Below are positions 40,999 through 51,348 of a stretch of 64,000 nucleotides of DNA, piece by piece. Origin of the DNA: an uncultured Verrucomicrobiae bacterium. Its GTDB lineage: Bacteria > Verrucomicrobiota > Verrucomicrobiia > Chthoniobacterales > UBA10450. Each line of letters opens with the position of its first letter. The stretch's first letter is position 1. The notes below the pieces were generated by a model. The model was not told the origin of the DNA. It saw nothing but the letters and a program-made list of their open reading frames with translations, and searched no databases. The stretch lies in assembly GCA_963735805.1 (NCBI GenBank), contig CAVTMK010000001.1:256001-320000 (forward strand). The letters run 5' to 3'. A program made the position numbers and the translations under genes.

Positions 40999-41523
40999 TT
41001 AAACCTTCGGTGCGGATGCTTCGCTGACGGTGCTGATATCTTCAGCGCCGGCGGTCTTGAAAATGTCTTTCGCTCGATCAACGTCTTCGCTTTCGTCTGT
41101 GTGCACGGCGATCAGGTAATTCCCTTTTTTCAACTTCTCGTCATAGCGCTTTGCTTCGATCTCTGGAATGCCCAGGCCGACCAAACCGCCGACAACACCG
41201 CCGGTCGCCGCTCCGACAGCCGCGCCGCTAAGCGCCGCCATAATTGGACCCGCGGCGATAAAGGGACCAATACCAGGAATCGCCAAGGCGCCAACTCCCG
41301 CCAGCAATCCGATCACGCCGCCCGTGGCGCCCCCGGTAGCTGCACCGGCGGTTGCGCCCTCCGGCGCCTTTGTCGCTTTAACGTGACCAACGTCACGCGT
41401 GCCGCCTGTATCAGGCATGAGCACTGAAATTTCCGAGGTGGCGAAGCCTTGACCTTGGAGCTGTTGTACAATTCGTTCGCCTTGGCCGTGTGTGGTTGCA
41501 ATACCGAATACTGATTTAGACAT
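40999..41523 (-). CDS. General stress membrane protein (YflT-like with Gly-zipper hairpin)
   Basis: EISVL, GGVIGLLAGVGALAIPGIGPFIAAGP, GLGIPEIEAKRY. Confidence 0.8.
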   Translation of the reverse strand: MSKSVFGIATTHGQGERIVQQLQGQGFATSEISVLMPDTGGTRDVGHVKATKAPEGATAGAATGGATGGVIGLLAGVGALAIPGIGPFIAAGPIMAALSGAAVGAATGGVVGGLVGLGIPEIEAKRYDEKLKKGNYLIAVHTDESEDVDRAKDIFKTAGAEDISTVSEASAPKV

Positions 41524-41557
41524 AATGATTTTCTTTCGTTTTTCTTAGGTTGTTTGG

Positions 41558-41932
41558 TTAGTTCGATCCTTTGACGTTGAGTTGATTCTCGATCTTTGCG
41601 CCGCCAGCCGCCGATTTTGCAAGCTGATCGATTTTTGACTTTTCTTGCGCAGTCTTGACGGGGCCGCGAAGTGTCACGTGGCCGTTGGCAGTAATGACTT
41701 TAATGTTCTTCGCAGTCGTTGAAAGTTCGCCGTCTTTCATCAGCGCCTGCCTGATAGCCTGCGTGGTTTTTAAATCCGCGGAATTGTTTAACTGGTCGCC
41801 AGAAGTCTTGGTTTCACCCGAGCGATCGCGCTCGTTTATTGCTGTGTTATCGGGTTTCGTCTTCTCATTACCAGCCAATGCCGCCACGCTTAATGCGCCG
41901 AGACAAGCTAGAGTTAGTAAAGTTTGTTTCAT
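41558..41932 (-). CDS. BON domain (OsmY-like) secreted protein
   Basis: Signal peptide, DNTAINERDR, IKVITANGHVTLRGPV, IENQL. Confidence 0.92.
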   Translation of the reverse strand: MKQTLLTLACLGALSVAALAGNEKTKPDNTAINERDRSGETKTSGDQLNNSADLKTTQAIRQALMKDGELSTTAKNIKVITANGHVTLRGPVKTAQEKSKIDQLAKSAAGGAKIENQLNVKGSN

Positions 41933-42000
41933 GGGTTCTTTCGTTTGAGTTTGTGGGTGCCGGTATTACGAATCGCAACCAGGAGACCCATTGGTTTTAG

Positions 42001-42489
42001 TTATTTAGCCACGACGTTGATGGTGGATTTGGCCAACTTGGTTAGCTTTTTGTCTGTGTCTGATTCTTCGTTCAAGGTAGTCTGAAGTAACTGCGTCCCA
42101 TCCCGATCCTCCAGCAACTCGGCGTATGTCCGAGCACAGCCATAACCAGCCATTTCATAATGCTCAACGCGCTGCGCCGCAGCAATTAGCCCGGCATCGC
42201 GCACTTCCTCTTCAGCATCTTCTTCGATCATTTCCTCTCCCTCTTTAAGAAGACCCTCCATGCCCTCACACTTAGGGCCCCTGGTCGACTCGTCATGATT
42301 CGTTAAAATCTGTTCGAGACGCGCCACGTGTTTCTTCGTCTGTTCGAAATGCTCCTGGAACCCGGCAGCAAGCTGCTTGTTAGTAGCGGCTTTAGCCATT
42401 TTAGGCAACGCTTTTATAATCTGCTTTTCCGCGCTGTATAGGTCCTTGAGTTCGTGAATGTATAAATCTTTAAGTGTTTCAAGTTTCAT
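42001..42489 (-). CDS. Ferritin-like DUF892 (YciF-like) protein, second copy
   Basis: ELKDLYSAEKQ, AAQRVEHYEMAGYG. Confidence 0.94.
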   Translation of the reverse strand: MKLETLKDLYIHELKDLYSAEKQIIKALPKMAKAATNKQLAAGFQEHFEQTKKHVARLEQILTNHDESTRGPKCEGMEGLLKEGEEMIEEDAEEEVRDAGLIAAAQRVEHYEMAGYGCARTYAELLEDRDGTQLLQTTLNEESDTDKKLTKLAKSTINVVAK

Positions 42490-42561
42490 ATGTGTGGATT
42501 TAATAATCGGTGGTCTCGCTCGACCTGGTCTTGTTTAAATTAAGCACCCTCGAATGAATCT

Positions 42562-42678
42562 TTATGTGCACCCTCGCAATAGAAAAATTAGGTGCAAAAT
42601 CGGAATCGGAATTCCCAGACATTAAAGTAAAATGTATCTAGTCGCCCCCGCTTGTTTTATTTTATTAGTTAGACGCAG
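42562..42678 (-). pseudogene. Decayed copy of the 38-aa membrane microprotein
   Basis: CTG-RLTNKIKQAGATRYILL*CLGIPIPILHLIFLLRGCT*; same length and SD as 39153-39269; start lost and internal TAA. Confidence 0.8.
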
Positions 42679-43018
42679 CTTAGATATCCTTTCGTCAAGT
42701 TATCGATTCGGAACTCTTCGTGTGAGCAGGAACCTGCTTCGACTAATGAGAATAGGCAATAGGGCCGACGGATGAGTGTCTAATAGGACAAAAGCCTATA
42801 ACGCGCGACGGTCGACTAAAGATCGTAGTTATGTGCACAGTTCCGCTGTTACCTACTTGTTGCCGCACTTTTCGTCATTGTACCTGGTGGCTCCTGCTAA
42901 GCAAATTTCGCGCTATTCTTGTCTCCGGCCAGGTTACGGGCAGCGCACTTCGCATGTTTTAACGGCCAGCCCGGAAAGCAGTCGCGTATATAGGTAGTCA
43001 GAAAATGAAATTCGAATT

Positions 43019-43324
43019 ATGACCTTACGTAAGACATGCGTTTTATTATCGCTTTTCGCCTGGTTGTTAGTCGCGGTGAGTTGTAACCGAAGCGTTGTTA
43101 CAGGATCGAAATTGACCCCCAATAATTACGATCAAGTCACCACCGGAATGACTAAGGCACAGGTGGAAAGAATTCTCGGGCCGCCCACTACAGTCGAAAC
43201 CAAGGAGATGGTGATCTTTAAGAAAACGACTTATCGGTACGAAGATGGCAAGAAATTCGCTATGTTCACATTCAAAAACGACGAGCTAGATGGTAAAGAA
43301 GGTAATCTTCACCGCGACCTGTGA
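43019..43324 (+). CDS. SmpA/BamE-like (DUF3862-like) small lipoprotein
   Basis: Lipobox-like VAVSC, YDQVTTGMTKAQVERILGPP. Confidence 0.78.
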   Translation: MTLRKTCVLLSLFAWLLVAVSCNRSVVTGSKLTPNNYDQVTTGMTKAQVERILGPPTTVETKEMVIFKKTTYRYEDGKKFAMFTFKNDELDGKEGNLHRDL

Positions 43325-43402
43325 TACCCTGTTTGCGCTCGTTCGATCATCTGCTGGTGTTTGCCGCCGCTGAAGTTTTCTTTTTCTTAAACAGAGACCA
43401 AA

Positions 43403-43705
43403 ATGGGCTGGTTCCTTTTCATCCTGGGGTCGCTAGCAACCTTCAGATTGAGCCATCTTGTTGCGAAGGAGCGTGGCCCGTTTGCTGTTTTTGAACGTTT
43501 TCGCAATGCAACGCCAGGTGGGCGTGGCTCCGCCAAAGAATGGCTAAGCTGCATCTTTTGTTTTTCGCTCTCTGCAAGCGCTCTGGTTTGCCTGATTCTT
43601 TGGCTGGGAGGAGTGAAGCTTGACTGGGGAGAATGGGTCCTCAATTGGCTCGGCTTCAGCGCTCTGACGCTGATAATAAATCAAGCTCTTATGTTTCAAA
43701 AATGA
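43403..43705 (+). CDS. DUF1360-like membrane protein
   Basis: LATFRLSHLV, GPF, CIFC. Confidence 0.75.
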   Translation: MGWFLFILGSLATFRLSHLVAKERGPFAVFERFRNATPGGRGSAKEWLSCIFCFSLSASALVCLILWLGGVKLDWGEWVLNWLGFSALTLIINQALMFQK

Positions 43706-43766
43706 GAGGACGCGGAGGCGACGATAGCCCATACCGCTGAAACCACTCCTGTCTCAGCGAAATTCG

Positions 43767-44460
43767 ATGCCCGGCAAAAACTCCGACCTGCACGGCAGCG
43801 CACCCGACAAACATAAACTTGCGCTGCTCCTAATTGACGTCATCAACGACTTCGATTTTCCCGAAGCGGACCAATTACTGAAACATGCTCGGCCGATGGC
43901 CAGAAATCTCTTGCGTCTGAAACGACGCGCGCAAAAAGCAGGCCTACCGGTCATTTATGTAAACGACAATTTCGGGCGATGGAAGTCCGATTTCCGGCGC
44001 ACAGTCGAGCACTGCACACGTCACGGCCGCGGTCGCGAGGCGGTGAAATTACTGCAGCCGGAAGAAAACGATTATTTCGTGCTTAAACCAAAACATTCCG
44101 GATTCTTTTCTACCACGCTCGAGACCCTTCTCCGTTACCTGGAAACGCAAACTCTAATTCTCACCGGCATTGCCGGGAATTTTTGTGTCCTTTTCACAGC
44201 GAACGATGCCTACATGCGCGACTTTAACTTGTTCGTGCCTTCGGATTGCACGGTATCAAACACAAAGAAGGAAAATGACGCGGCGCTCGGGACTCATGAA
44301 GAAATTCCTGAAAGCTGATACGCGCTCGTCGACCAAAATCGTGTTGCGCACGGAATCAAGACGGCTGAAAGCACCCGGCGACTCAGGACGAAACACAAAG
44401 GCGATCTCAAAAGTTTCCCGTCAAAGCGAGAATAATTACGATCAAAACAATCAAACCTAA
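43767..44460 (+). CDS. Cysteine hydrolase / isochorismatase family; +1 insertion near the C-terminus (~44289-44291)
   Basis: ALLLIDVIND, KPKHSGF, GIAGNFCV, DAYMR; corrected reading ALGLMKKFLKAD. Confidence 0.87.
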
Positions 44461-44559
44461 TCCGCCACTTGGCCAGTAACCCCAGCCTGAGCTGTATGGC
44501 CAAGCTGGTAGCGCACCTATAAGCAGGAGGATTAGGATGATTAATAGAATTGTGCTCAT
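44407..44559 (-). CDS. DUF3309 family small membrane protein
   Basis: MSTILLIILILLLIGALPAWPYSSGWGYWPSGGLGLIVLIVIILALTGNF*; SD AAGGAG; absent from the ORF track. Confidence 0.9.
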   Translation of the reverse strand: MSTILLIILILLLIGALPAWPYSSGWGYWPSGGLGLIVLIVIILALTGNF

Positions 44560-44668
44560 AGCCTCTCCTTTCTTGAACTAGATTCGTGTTTGTTTCGATT
44601 TTGGACGCCAATCCAGTTAGAATCGGGAACATTCCGACGGTCGACCACCCATCAACGAAGACGTTTCG

Positions 44669-45604
44669 TTACTGGTTCTCAACTTCCGTCGTAGTGACGC
44701 GAACTGCATATTCGTCCGGTATAAATTCGCGATTGGCCCGCGCGGCATAGACCTGTGTAAACTCAGCGCCGAAAAGAAGAATCTGCGATGTGTAGTAAAC
44801 CCAAAGTAACAATGTGATAAGTGAGCTGGCCGCTCCATAAGCCGAACCAGCAGCGCCGCTGCCCAGATACAAACCCAGCAGCCATTTCCCCAGGCCAAAA
44901 AGCATCGCAGTTATGACCGCGCCGATCCAAACGTCCCGCCATTGAATCTTAACATCGGGCAAAAACTTGAAGATCATTGCAAAGAGCAGAACGACGACGG
45001 AAAAGTCAAAGATCAAGTACACAGTTAACGCGACCGCAACCCCGCCTGGCAACACAGATTGCACATAACTACTGAATACTTTAAGCATGGCTTCGGCTGC
45101 CAATGAGACGAGCAGAAGGAAGCAGATACCCGCGACCATGGCAAAGGAGAGAAAGCGCGCTCGAAGAAACCCCCAGATACCGCGACCGGGCTTCGCTTTT
45201 ACGCCCCAAATTGTGTTTAACGCGTCTTGAAGTTGGCCAAAGACGCCACTCGCACCGAAAACGGCAAGAACAATACCCACGATTGTTGCCATTACTCCCT
45301 TGTGAGATTCTGAAGCCTTTCGAGCGATGCCTTGTACAACACTGACGACGCTTGAATCGAGAAAATAGCTCATTTGTTGCGTGATCTTGTCCCAGGCTCC
45401 TGCCGGGTCATCCCGGAAGATGACACCGACGATTGCGAGTAGAATGAGTATCAGTGGCGCTAGTGAAAATACCGTGTAATAGGCAAGCGCCGCGCCCAGC
45501 TGCGGCGCTTTATCTTGCAACCATTCCTGAAACGTTTGCTGTAACAGGCTTAATGTATTGCCAAAAAACGATTCTGACGAATTGGAGTTGCGCTGCCTAG
45601 ACAC
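44669..45604 (-). CDS. YihY/BrkB family membrane protein
   Basis: AALAYYTVFSLAP, LNTIWG, YGAASSLITLLLWVYY, GAEF. Confidence 0.94.
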   Translation of the reverse strand: MSRQRNSNSSESFFGNTLSLLQQTFQEWLQDKAPQLGAALAYYTVFSLAPLILILLAIVGVIFRDDPAGAWDKITQQMSYFLDSSVVSVVQGIARKASESHKGVMATIVGIVLAVFGASGVFGQLQDALNTIWGVKAKPGRGIWGFLRARFLSFAMVAGICFLLLVSLAAEAMLKVFSSYVQSVLPGGVAVALTVYLIFDFSVVVLLFAMIFKFLPDVKIQWRDVWIGAVITAMLFGLGKWLLGLYLGSGAAGSAYGAASSLITLLLWVYYTSQILLFGAEFTQVYAARANREFIPDEYAVRVTTTEVENQ

Positions 45605-45723
45605 AAGAGACCTCTAACAACATACGCGGAGAACGCTGTGTTTGGTTTGCAAACCGACCTTCCCGTCGATGAGCAAGGGATGAAGCATCCACCACTGGCT
45701 GCGCTGCGAACTACACTTAACAG

Positions 45724-46743
45724 ATGCAATTGAAACCGCCTTTGCCGCCGATGGAAGCGCATTCGGTAGAGGAGATTCCCGTTGGCTCCGGCTGGCAGTA
45801 CGAGCCGAAGTGGGATGGCTTTCGCTGCATTGCGTTTCGTAATCGCGAGGAGATTCACTTACAATCGAAATCGGGGCAGCCTCTCGCTCGTTATTTTCCT
45901 GATATTGCCAGCGCTCTCGTCAACCTGCCCGAGAAACACTTCGTCTTGGATGGCGAACTTGTAGTTCCAGTTAGCGGCGCGCTTTCATTCGATGAATTGC
46001 AACTGCGTCTGCACCCCGCCGCGAGCCGCGTCCAAAAGCTGGCGAAAGCTCATCCAGCGATCTACATCGTATTCGATCTACTTGGTGAAGGGGTGCGATC
46101 GTACGTGAAGCAGCCTCTGTGCGAACGCCGGCAACTCCTCGAAAAGTTCGCACTTTCAAATTTTAAGTCCGCCAAGTCTGTGCGCCTTTCTCCGGCGACA
46201 ATTGATTATCGGACTGCGGGCGCATGGTTCAAAAAAGCGGGCGGCGACCTTGATGGGATCATCGCGAAACGCCTTGAATCTGAGTACGCTTCGGGTGAAC
46301 GCACCGCAGCAGTCAAGATAAAGCAGATCCGCTCGGCCGACTGCGTCGTTGGCGGATTTCGTTACGGACGTAACACGCGCCTGGTTGGTTCCCTCTTACT
46401 TGGCCTGTACGGAGAACATGGTTTGCTGCACCATGTGGGATTCACATCTTCTTTCAAAGCATCGGAACGCCGTGCACTTACAAAGAAATTTGAAGCGCTC
46501 AGGAAACCGCCTGGATTCACTGGCAACGCCCCCGGCGGACCGAGTCGCTGGAGCACGGATCGCACTGGCGAATGGGAACCAGTCGCACCAAAAGTGGTCG
46601 TTGAAGTCACCTACGACCATTTTACGGGCGGTCGATTCCGACATGGTACAAAGCTGGTTCGCTGGCGTCCGGACAAAGCGCCTCGCCAGTGCACGATGGA
46701 CCAGGTAGAGCATCGCGAAGGTAAATCGCTCGCGCTTTTATAA
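45724..46743 (+). CDS. ligC: ATP-dependent DNA ligase, LigC type
   Basis: YEPKWDGFR, LDGELV, ADCVVGG, PGGPSRW, RWRPDK. Confidence 0.9.
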   Translation: MQLKPPLPPMEAHSVEEIPVGSGWQYEPKWDGFRCIAFRNREEIHLQSKSGQPLARYFPDIASALVNLPEKHFVLDGELVVPVSGALSFDELQLRLHPAASRVQKLAKAHPAIYIVFDLLGEGVRSYVKQPLCERRQLLEKFALSNFKSAKSVRLSPATIDYRTAGAWFKKAGGDLDGIIAKRLESEYASGERTAAVKIKQIRSADCVVGGFRYGRNTRLVGSLLLGLYGEHGLLHHVGFTSSFKASERRALTKKFEALRKPPGFTGNAPGGPSRWSTDRTGEWEPVAPKVVVEVTYDHFTGGRFRHGTKLVRWRPDKAPRQCTMDQVEHREGKSLALL

Positions 46744-47832
46744 TCATCGGTTTTGAGATCTCAGGAATCTCAACACCGCGGCTTCAGCCAATCGAAGCTG
46801 CCTGCTCCCCGACTTTTGCATCGCCTCGCTGAGTCCAGGAATTCGGCTGTTAGTCAGGTATGCTTCGAGTACGGCAGGATGGACATAACATTTGCGACAA
46901 ATCGCGGGAGTGTTGCCAAGAAGCTCCGCTACTGCACAGATGGCAGTCTTGATATTCGCCTTTGCCTGCTTCTTCGTTTCAAACTCTCCCTGCACGTTAA
47001 GTGCCAATGCCGACAGCAGCGTACCGGCCCATGTTCGGAAATCTTTCGCCGTAAAATTCTCACTCGTAATTTCCCGCAGATAGTCGTTCACATCCTGTGA
47101 TCTTACATCTCGCACCTCGCCATCATCGTCGATGTATTGGAATACATCCTGTCCTGGCAAGTCCTGCAGCTTGGAAATGATCTTGGCGACTTGGCCATCT
47201 CTTACATCCACTTCGTGGTGTCGCCCGCTCTTTCCACGAAAACGAAAACGCAGATGTGCGCCCCTTACAGTCACGTGTCGATCTTTGATTGTGGTTAAAC
47301 CAAAGGATTTGTTTTCGCGCGCGTATTCGTCGTTGCCGATACGGATAAAAGTTCGCTCCAATAGTCGCACAACTGTTGCGAGCACTTTTTCCCGCGGAAG
47401 GCCGCGCAGTTTGATATCGCGCTGAACTCGCTTCCGAATTTGCGGAAGCGCTTTGGCAAAATCCGCGAGCCGAGCGAATTTATTTTCATCGCGCAACTCG
47501 CGCCAACGCTCGTGATAACGGTACTGCTTTCGCCGGCGCGCATCCCGGCCGGTGGCCTGCAGGTGCCCGTTTGGTGAGGGACTAATCCACACCTCGTTCC
47601 ACGCCGGTGGAATCGCCAAGCGTCTGATTCTGAGGAGCCGTTGTTCGTCGCGAATTCTCTTGCCTTCTGTATCCAGATACTCGAAATCCCCGTTCTTTGG
47701 CCTCCGGACGTAGCCCTGACGCTCGTCGCTCACATATCGCAGCCCTGCTTCCTCCGCTGCCTCCGCGGAGTCGTTAGCGAGCCGAGTGTCGGGGGTTTTC
47801 CCGTTACAGTTGTTTGTTACAGGCACCCCCAT
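46744..47832 (-). CDS. Bacterial DNA topoisomerase IB
   Basis: AIPPAW, GRDARRRKQYRYH, IRIGN, FRGKSG, KDFRTW, GNTPAICRKCYVHP. Confidence 0.95.
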   Translation of the reverse strand: MGVPVTNNCNGKTPDTRLANDSAEAAEEAGLRYVSDERQGYVRRPKNGDFEYLDTEGKRIRDEQRLLRIRRLAIPPAWNEVWISPSPNGHLQATGRDARRRKQYRYHERWRELRDENKFARLADFAKALPQIRKRVQRDIKLRGLPREKVLATVVRLLERTFIRIGNDEYARENKSFGLTTIKDRHVTVRGAHLRFRFRGKSGRHHEVDVRDGQVAKIISKLQDLPGQDVFQYIDDDGEVRDVRSQDVNDYLREITSENFTAKDFRTWAGTLLSALALNVQGEFETKKQAKANIKTAICAVAELLGNTPAICRKCYVHPAVLEAYLTNSRIPGLSEAMQKSGSRQLRLAEAAVLRFLRSQNR

Positions 47833-48302
47833 TAGCAAAACATCGCTACGAAGCCTTCGTCCACGTGTCCCCAGCTCCAACTGAGCCGGGGCGCATCAAC
47901 CGATCCAGTAAAATGATCGTTTAAGTATAAGCTTAACTCTTTCATAAGAGAGGGGTGTTCCCGGAATTCAGGCAACCGGCACCCCTACCCATCGTGCGGC
48001 CTATCCGATAGGAACATTCTTCATCTTTCATTGTTCGCAGCGGACGCGCCTATCAGCCGTGTCACACGACTAATGGCTGCTTTGCGGACCCGGCGTGGTC
48101 AGCGACATATCGTGAATCTGAAAAATCTCAACACGCGCACATCTCTGCAGGCATCAAAGCATTCCACGATCGCATCAGAAACCTTCGCGACGCCAAAAAC
48201 AGCTGACTACGTCCGAATCAAGTTATGGGCTGTGACAGACGCGCACCTGAAGGGCATGGTTTAGTGACATCCGAATGCCTCGCTAGCGGCGAAACAATCA
48301 TC

Positions 48303-48749
48303 ATGCCAGAAGAAGAAACAGTTAAGCGGGCGCGTGAAGACGAGCGCGAAGGGAAATCTCCTTCCACTCAGGCCGGCGAGTTCGTGCGCGAGGAAATGGA
48401 ACATATTCGGGAAGGAGAACATGGTGCTCGGTCGCCTGAACAGGCGATCGCCATCGGCCTCTCGAAGGCAAGGAGAGCCGGTGTGAAGTTGCCTCCTCCC
48501 AAACGGGGCAAAGCGCGAACAAAACGCCAAGCTAAACGCGATCTGACTAAGGGTCGCGGAGGCCGCCGCAAAAAGGCTTCGCGCAAACGTTCGCGTGCCA
48601 CAAAAAGCGCGCTGAAAAGGGAGAGCCGCCGGTCGGCGTCGAAAAGAGCATTGTCACGACATGCTAAGCGGGCGGCCGCACGACGTTCTGCGCGGTCGCG
48701 CTCTGCCGCCGCTGAGAGGGCCGCACGCACACGCAAACGTCGGCGATGA
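48303..48749 (+). CDS. DUF6496-like protein with long basic tail (putative DNA-binding)
   Basis: PSTQAGEFVREEM, QAIAIGLSKARRAG, Arg/Lys-rich C-terminus. Confidence 0.85.
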   Translation: MPEEETVKRAREDEREGKSPSTQAGEFVREEMEHIREGEHGARSPEQAIAIGLSKARRAGVKLPPPKRGKARTKRQAKRDLTKGRGGRRKKASRKRSRATKSALKRESRRSASKRALSRHAKRAAARRSARSRSAAAERAARTRKRRR

Positions 48750-48868
48750 AATTTTTGCCGCGATTTTGCCTCCGCAGCGGGAGAACTTATGTCGAAAAAG
48801 TGAACCTTCAGCCGCCTTGCATTCGCACGCTTACCGCTGCGGTTAGGATGTTTGTTAGGTAAGGCGGT

Positions 48869-49099
48869 TTATTTCCGGCCGCCTTTTCTTCCACCTCTTC
48901 GGGAACTGGATTTATTCCGCGTTTTCCCGCGACCACCCCCGCCCTTCTTTCGGCCACCTTTATCGGATTTATTTACCGTAGCCCATGCGCGGCGCTCCGC
49001 TTCCTTGGTGCTGACGCCGCGTTTCTTATACCCTTGCTCGATCTTGGATGCTTTCCGTTTTTGTTTTGATGTATATTTCTTTTTGCTTCCTTGTGCCAT
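48869..49099 (-). CDS. Small basic stress-cluster protein
   Basis: KYTSKQKRKA, EAERRAWATVNK, GG/K-rich tail; SD GGAGG. Confidence 0.85.
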   Translation of the reverse strand: MAQGSKKKYTSKQKRKASKIEQGYKKRGVSTKEAERRAWATVNKSDKGGRKKGGGGRGKTRNKSSSRRGGRKGGRK

Positions 49100-49188
49100 T
49101 GTCGCCTCCGTTGGAACTTTCCGTTATAAAAACGAATCTCGCTTCGGGACTGGATTTGGCTTTCTTCCTCTAAGTTCAGGCTGATTTA

Positions 49189-50643
49189 GTGAGCGAGAAA
49201 TACGACGCGGTCGTGGTTGGTTCGGGACCCAATGGTCTTGCGGCCGCGATTACGCTGGCACGCGCGGGATGTTCGGTTCTGGTTTGCGAAGCAAACGCGA
49301 CGATCGGCGGCGGCACACGCTCCGCAGAACTAACGCTACCGGGATTTGTTCATGACGTGTGTTCGGCAATCCATCCGCTGGCGGCAGGTTCTCCATTTTT
49401 CAAGACTGTCCCCCTCGACCGCTTGGGTCTCACATGGATACAACCTGAAATCCCGCTAGCACACCCGCTCGATAATGGTTCTGTGGCCTGTCTTCATCGG
49501 GACATCGATCTTACGGCGGACCAACTCTGCGACGATTCGCACGCTTATCGGCGACTGATGCAGCCGCTCGCAGACAATTGGGAACGATTGGCCAATGAAT
49601 TGTTGCAACCAATGCTACACTTGCCGCGGCATCCGTTGGCGCTAGCGCGTTTCGGAATTCCCGCCATCTGTCCGGCAACCGTTCTGTCGAAGTTTCTGTT
49701 CAAACACGAAGCCGCGCGCGCACTTTTTGGCGGAATCGCGGCGCACTCATTTCTTCCTTTGGAGGCTGTGGGCTCCTCAGCGTTTGCGCTGGTGCTTGGG
49801 CTCGCAGGTCACGCCGTAGGCTGGCCGATTCCGCGCGGCGGGTCGCAACAAATCGCAAATGCGCTCGCCAGTCATCTCCGAGAACTTGGCGGGAAGATCG
49901 AGATCAATCAGCCAGTCGAAAATCTGAACGACCTGCCGAAATCGCGAGCGATTCTTCTGGACGTTTCGGTATGGGAATTTCTACGCATCGCCGGCGGCCA
50001 ACTGCCTTCCGCATACCGGCGCCGTCTGGAATCATTTCAACATGGCCCCGGGATTTTTAAAATCGATTATGCGCTGAGCGAGCCAGTTCCATGGAAAACC
50101 GCGGCTTGTCGTCTGGCCGGCACAATTCATCTCGGCGGCAGCATCGACCAAATCGCAGCGGCAGAACGCGATGTCGCTTGTGGAAAAATTCCCGAGCGCC
50201 CATTCATGCTCGTTGCTCAGCAGAGTCTTGTTGACGAAACCCGCGCGCCGCGGGGACAACACACGCTCTGGGCATACTGTCACGTTCCACTGAATTGCCA
50301 GATCGATATGACTGAGCGTATGGAATCCGAAATCGAGAACCTTGCTCCAGGCTTTCGGGATTGCATTCTCGCACGTCACAAAATGAGTGCCGCTGATCTT
50401 GAAAGATCGAACCGCAATCTTTCCGGTGGCGATATCAACGGCGGTGCGGCAAATCTAATGCAATTAGTTGCACGGCCGATTCTGAGTCCGACTCCTTACC
50501 GCACTCCTCTTCACGGAGTTTATTTATGTTCAGCTTCAACTCCGCCCGGTGGCGGTGTCCACGGGATGAGCGGCTACCACGCCGCGAGATCAGCAATGCG
50601 TGACATTTTCTCAAAGACTCCCCGCGTAAAGGAATCTTTCTAA
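49189..50643 (+). CDS. FAD-dependent oxidoreductase, phytoene dehydrogenase-related
   Basis: GSGPNGLAAA, HDVCSAIHP, TPPGGGVHGM. Confidence 0.92.
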   Translation: MSEKYDAVVVGSGPNGLAAAITLARAGCSVLVCEANATIGGGTRSAELTLPGFVHDVCSAIHPLAAGSPFFKTVPLDRLGLTWIQPEIPLAHPLDNGSVACLHRDIDLTADQLCDDSHAYRRLMQPLADNWERLANELLQPMLHLPRHPLALARFGIPAICPATVLSKFLFKHEAARALFGGIAAHSFLPLEAVGSSAFALVLGLAGHAVGWPIPRGGSQQIANALASHLRELGGKIEINQPVENLNDLPKSRAILLDVSVWEFLRIAGGQLPSAYRRRLESFQHGPGIFKIDYALSEPVPWKTAACRLAGTIHLGGSIDQIAAAERDVACGKIPERPFMLVAQQSLVDETRAPRGQHTLWAYCHVPLNCQIDMTERMESEIENLAPGFRDCILARHKMSAADLERSNRNLSGGDINGGAANLMQLVARPILSPTPYRTPLHGVYLCSASTPPGGGVHGMSGYHAARSAMRDIFSKTPRVKESF

Positions 50644-50712
50644 TTTTTCAAGACGTTAGCAATCGCATCGGGATATACGACCAGCGACGCTTCGAGAGCC
50701 GTCAATAAGTTG

Positions 50713-51153
50713 ATGGGAGATCCACGAAATATCGCGCACACAAAAAAAGTCGTTCAAGAGAAACACCATAGGCACCAGGATGTTTCCAAGTCCGGCGTTA
50801 CCAGTCCCCGGCCGGAAAAGAAGACCCAAACCGAAAAGAAAAAACAGGGCGGCGCCGGCGAGAGCTCGTCTCCTAAGAATGAGGCCGAGAAGCCGGCGCA
50901 ACCGACAGATTCAGCGCAATTGGAGAAATCGCTCGCTGTCCTTTCCAATCTCAAGGATTTGGAATTTCACTCTCGGGCAAACATCGAAAAACTCGCCGAA
51001 CTTAGTTTGACGATCGAGGAAGAGCTAAAACAAAAGCAGTTTGCTGAAGCCCTGAGTGCAGTTTACTCCGCGCAGGATGTTTTTGAGTCCAAAATCGTGA
51101 AATTGATTGAAGACTACGACACGGAGTGCACGCGCTTGAAACCCGCAGGGTAA
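50713..51153 (+). CDS. Hypothetical protein (disordered N-terminus, helical C-terminus)
   Basis: Fills the gap between genes; coiled-coil-like composition. Confidence 0.6.
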   Translation: MGDPRNIAHTKKVVQEKHHRHQDVSKSGVTSPRPEKKTQTEKKKQGGAGESSSPKNEAEKPAQPTDSAQLEKSLAVLSNLKDLEFHSRANIEKLAELSLTIEEELKQKQFAEALSAVYSAQDVFESKIVKLIEDYDTECTRLKPAG

Positions 51154-51348
51154 AGTACGCCTGAACGCCAAGAACGCGGGATTCGAAGCCAGTTCACCGG
51201 CACGACAAAAAGATGTGAAACGGAGTCTGAATAAAATCACCAAGCTTCTGAAAAATACTGGGGCAACGTTTGGATCTTGTCGGGTGCTGCCTGACATAAG
51301 TTTTCAATTCGAACAAGACGGAGACTTAACGGTCAAAAATTAATAGAC

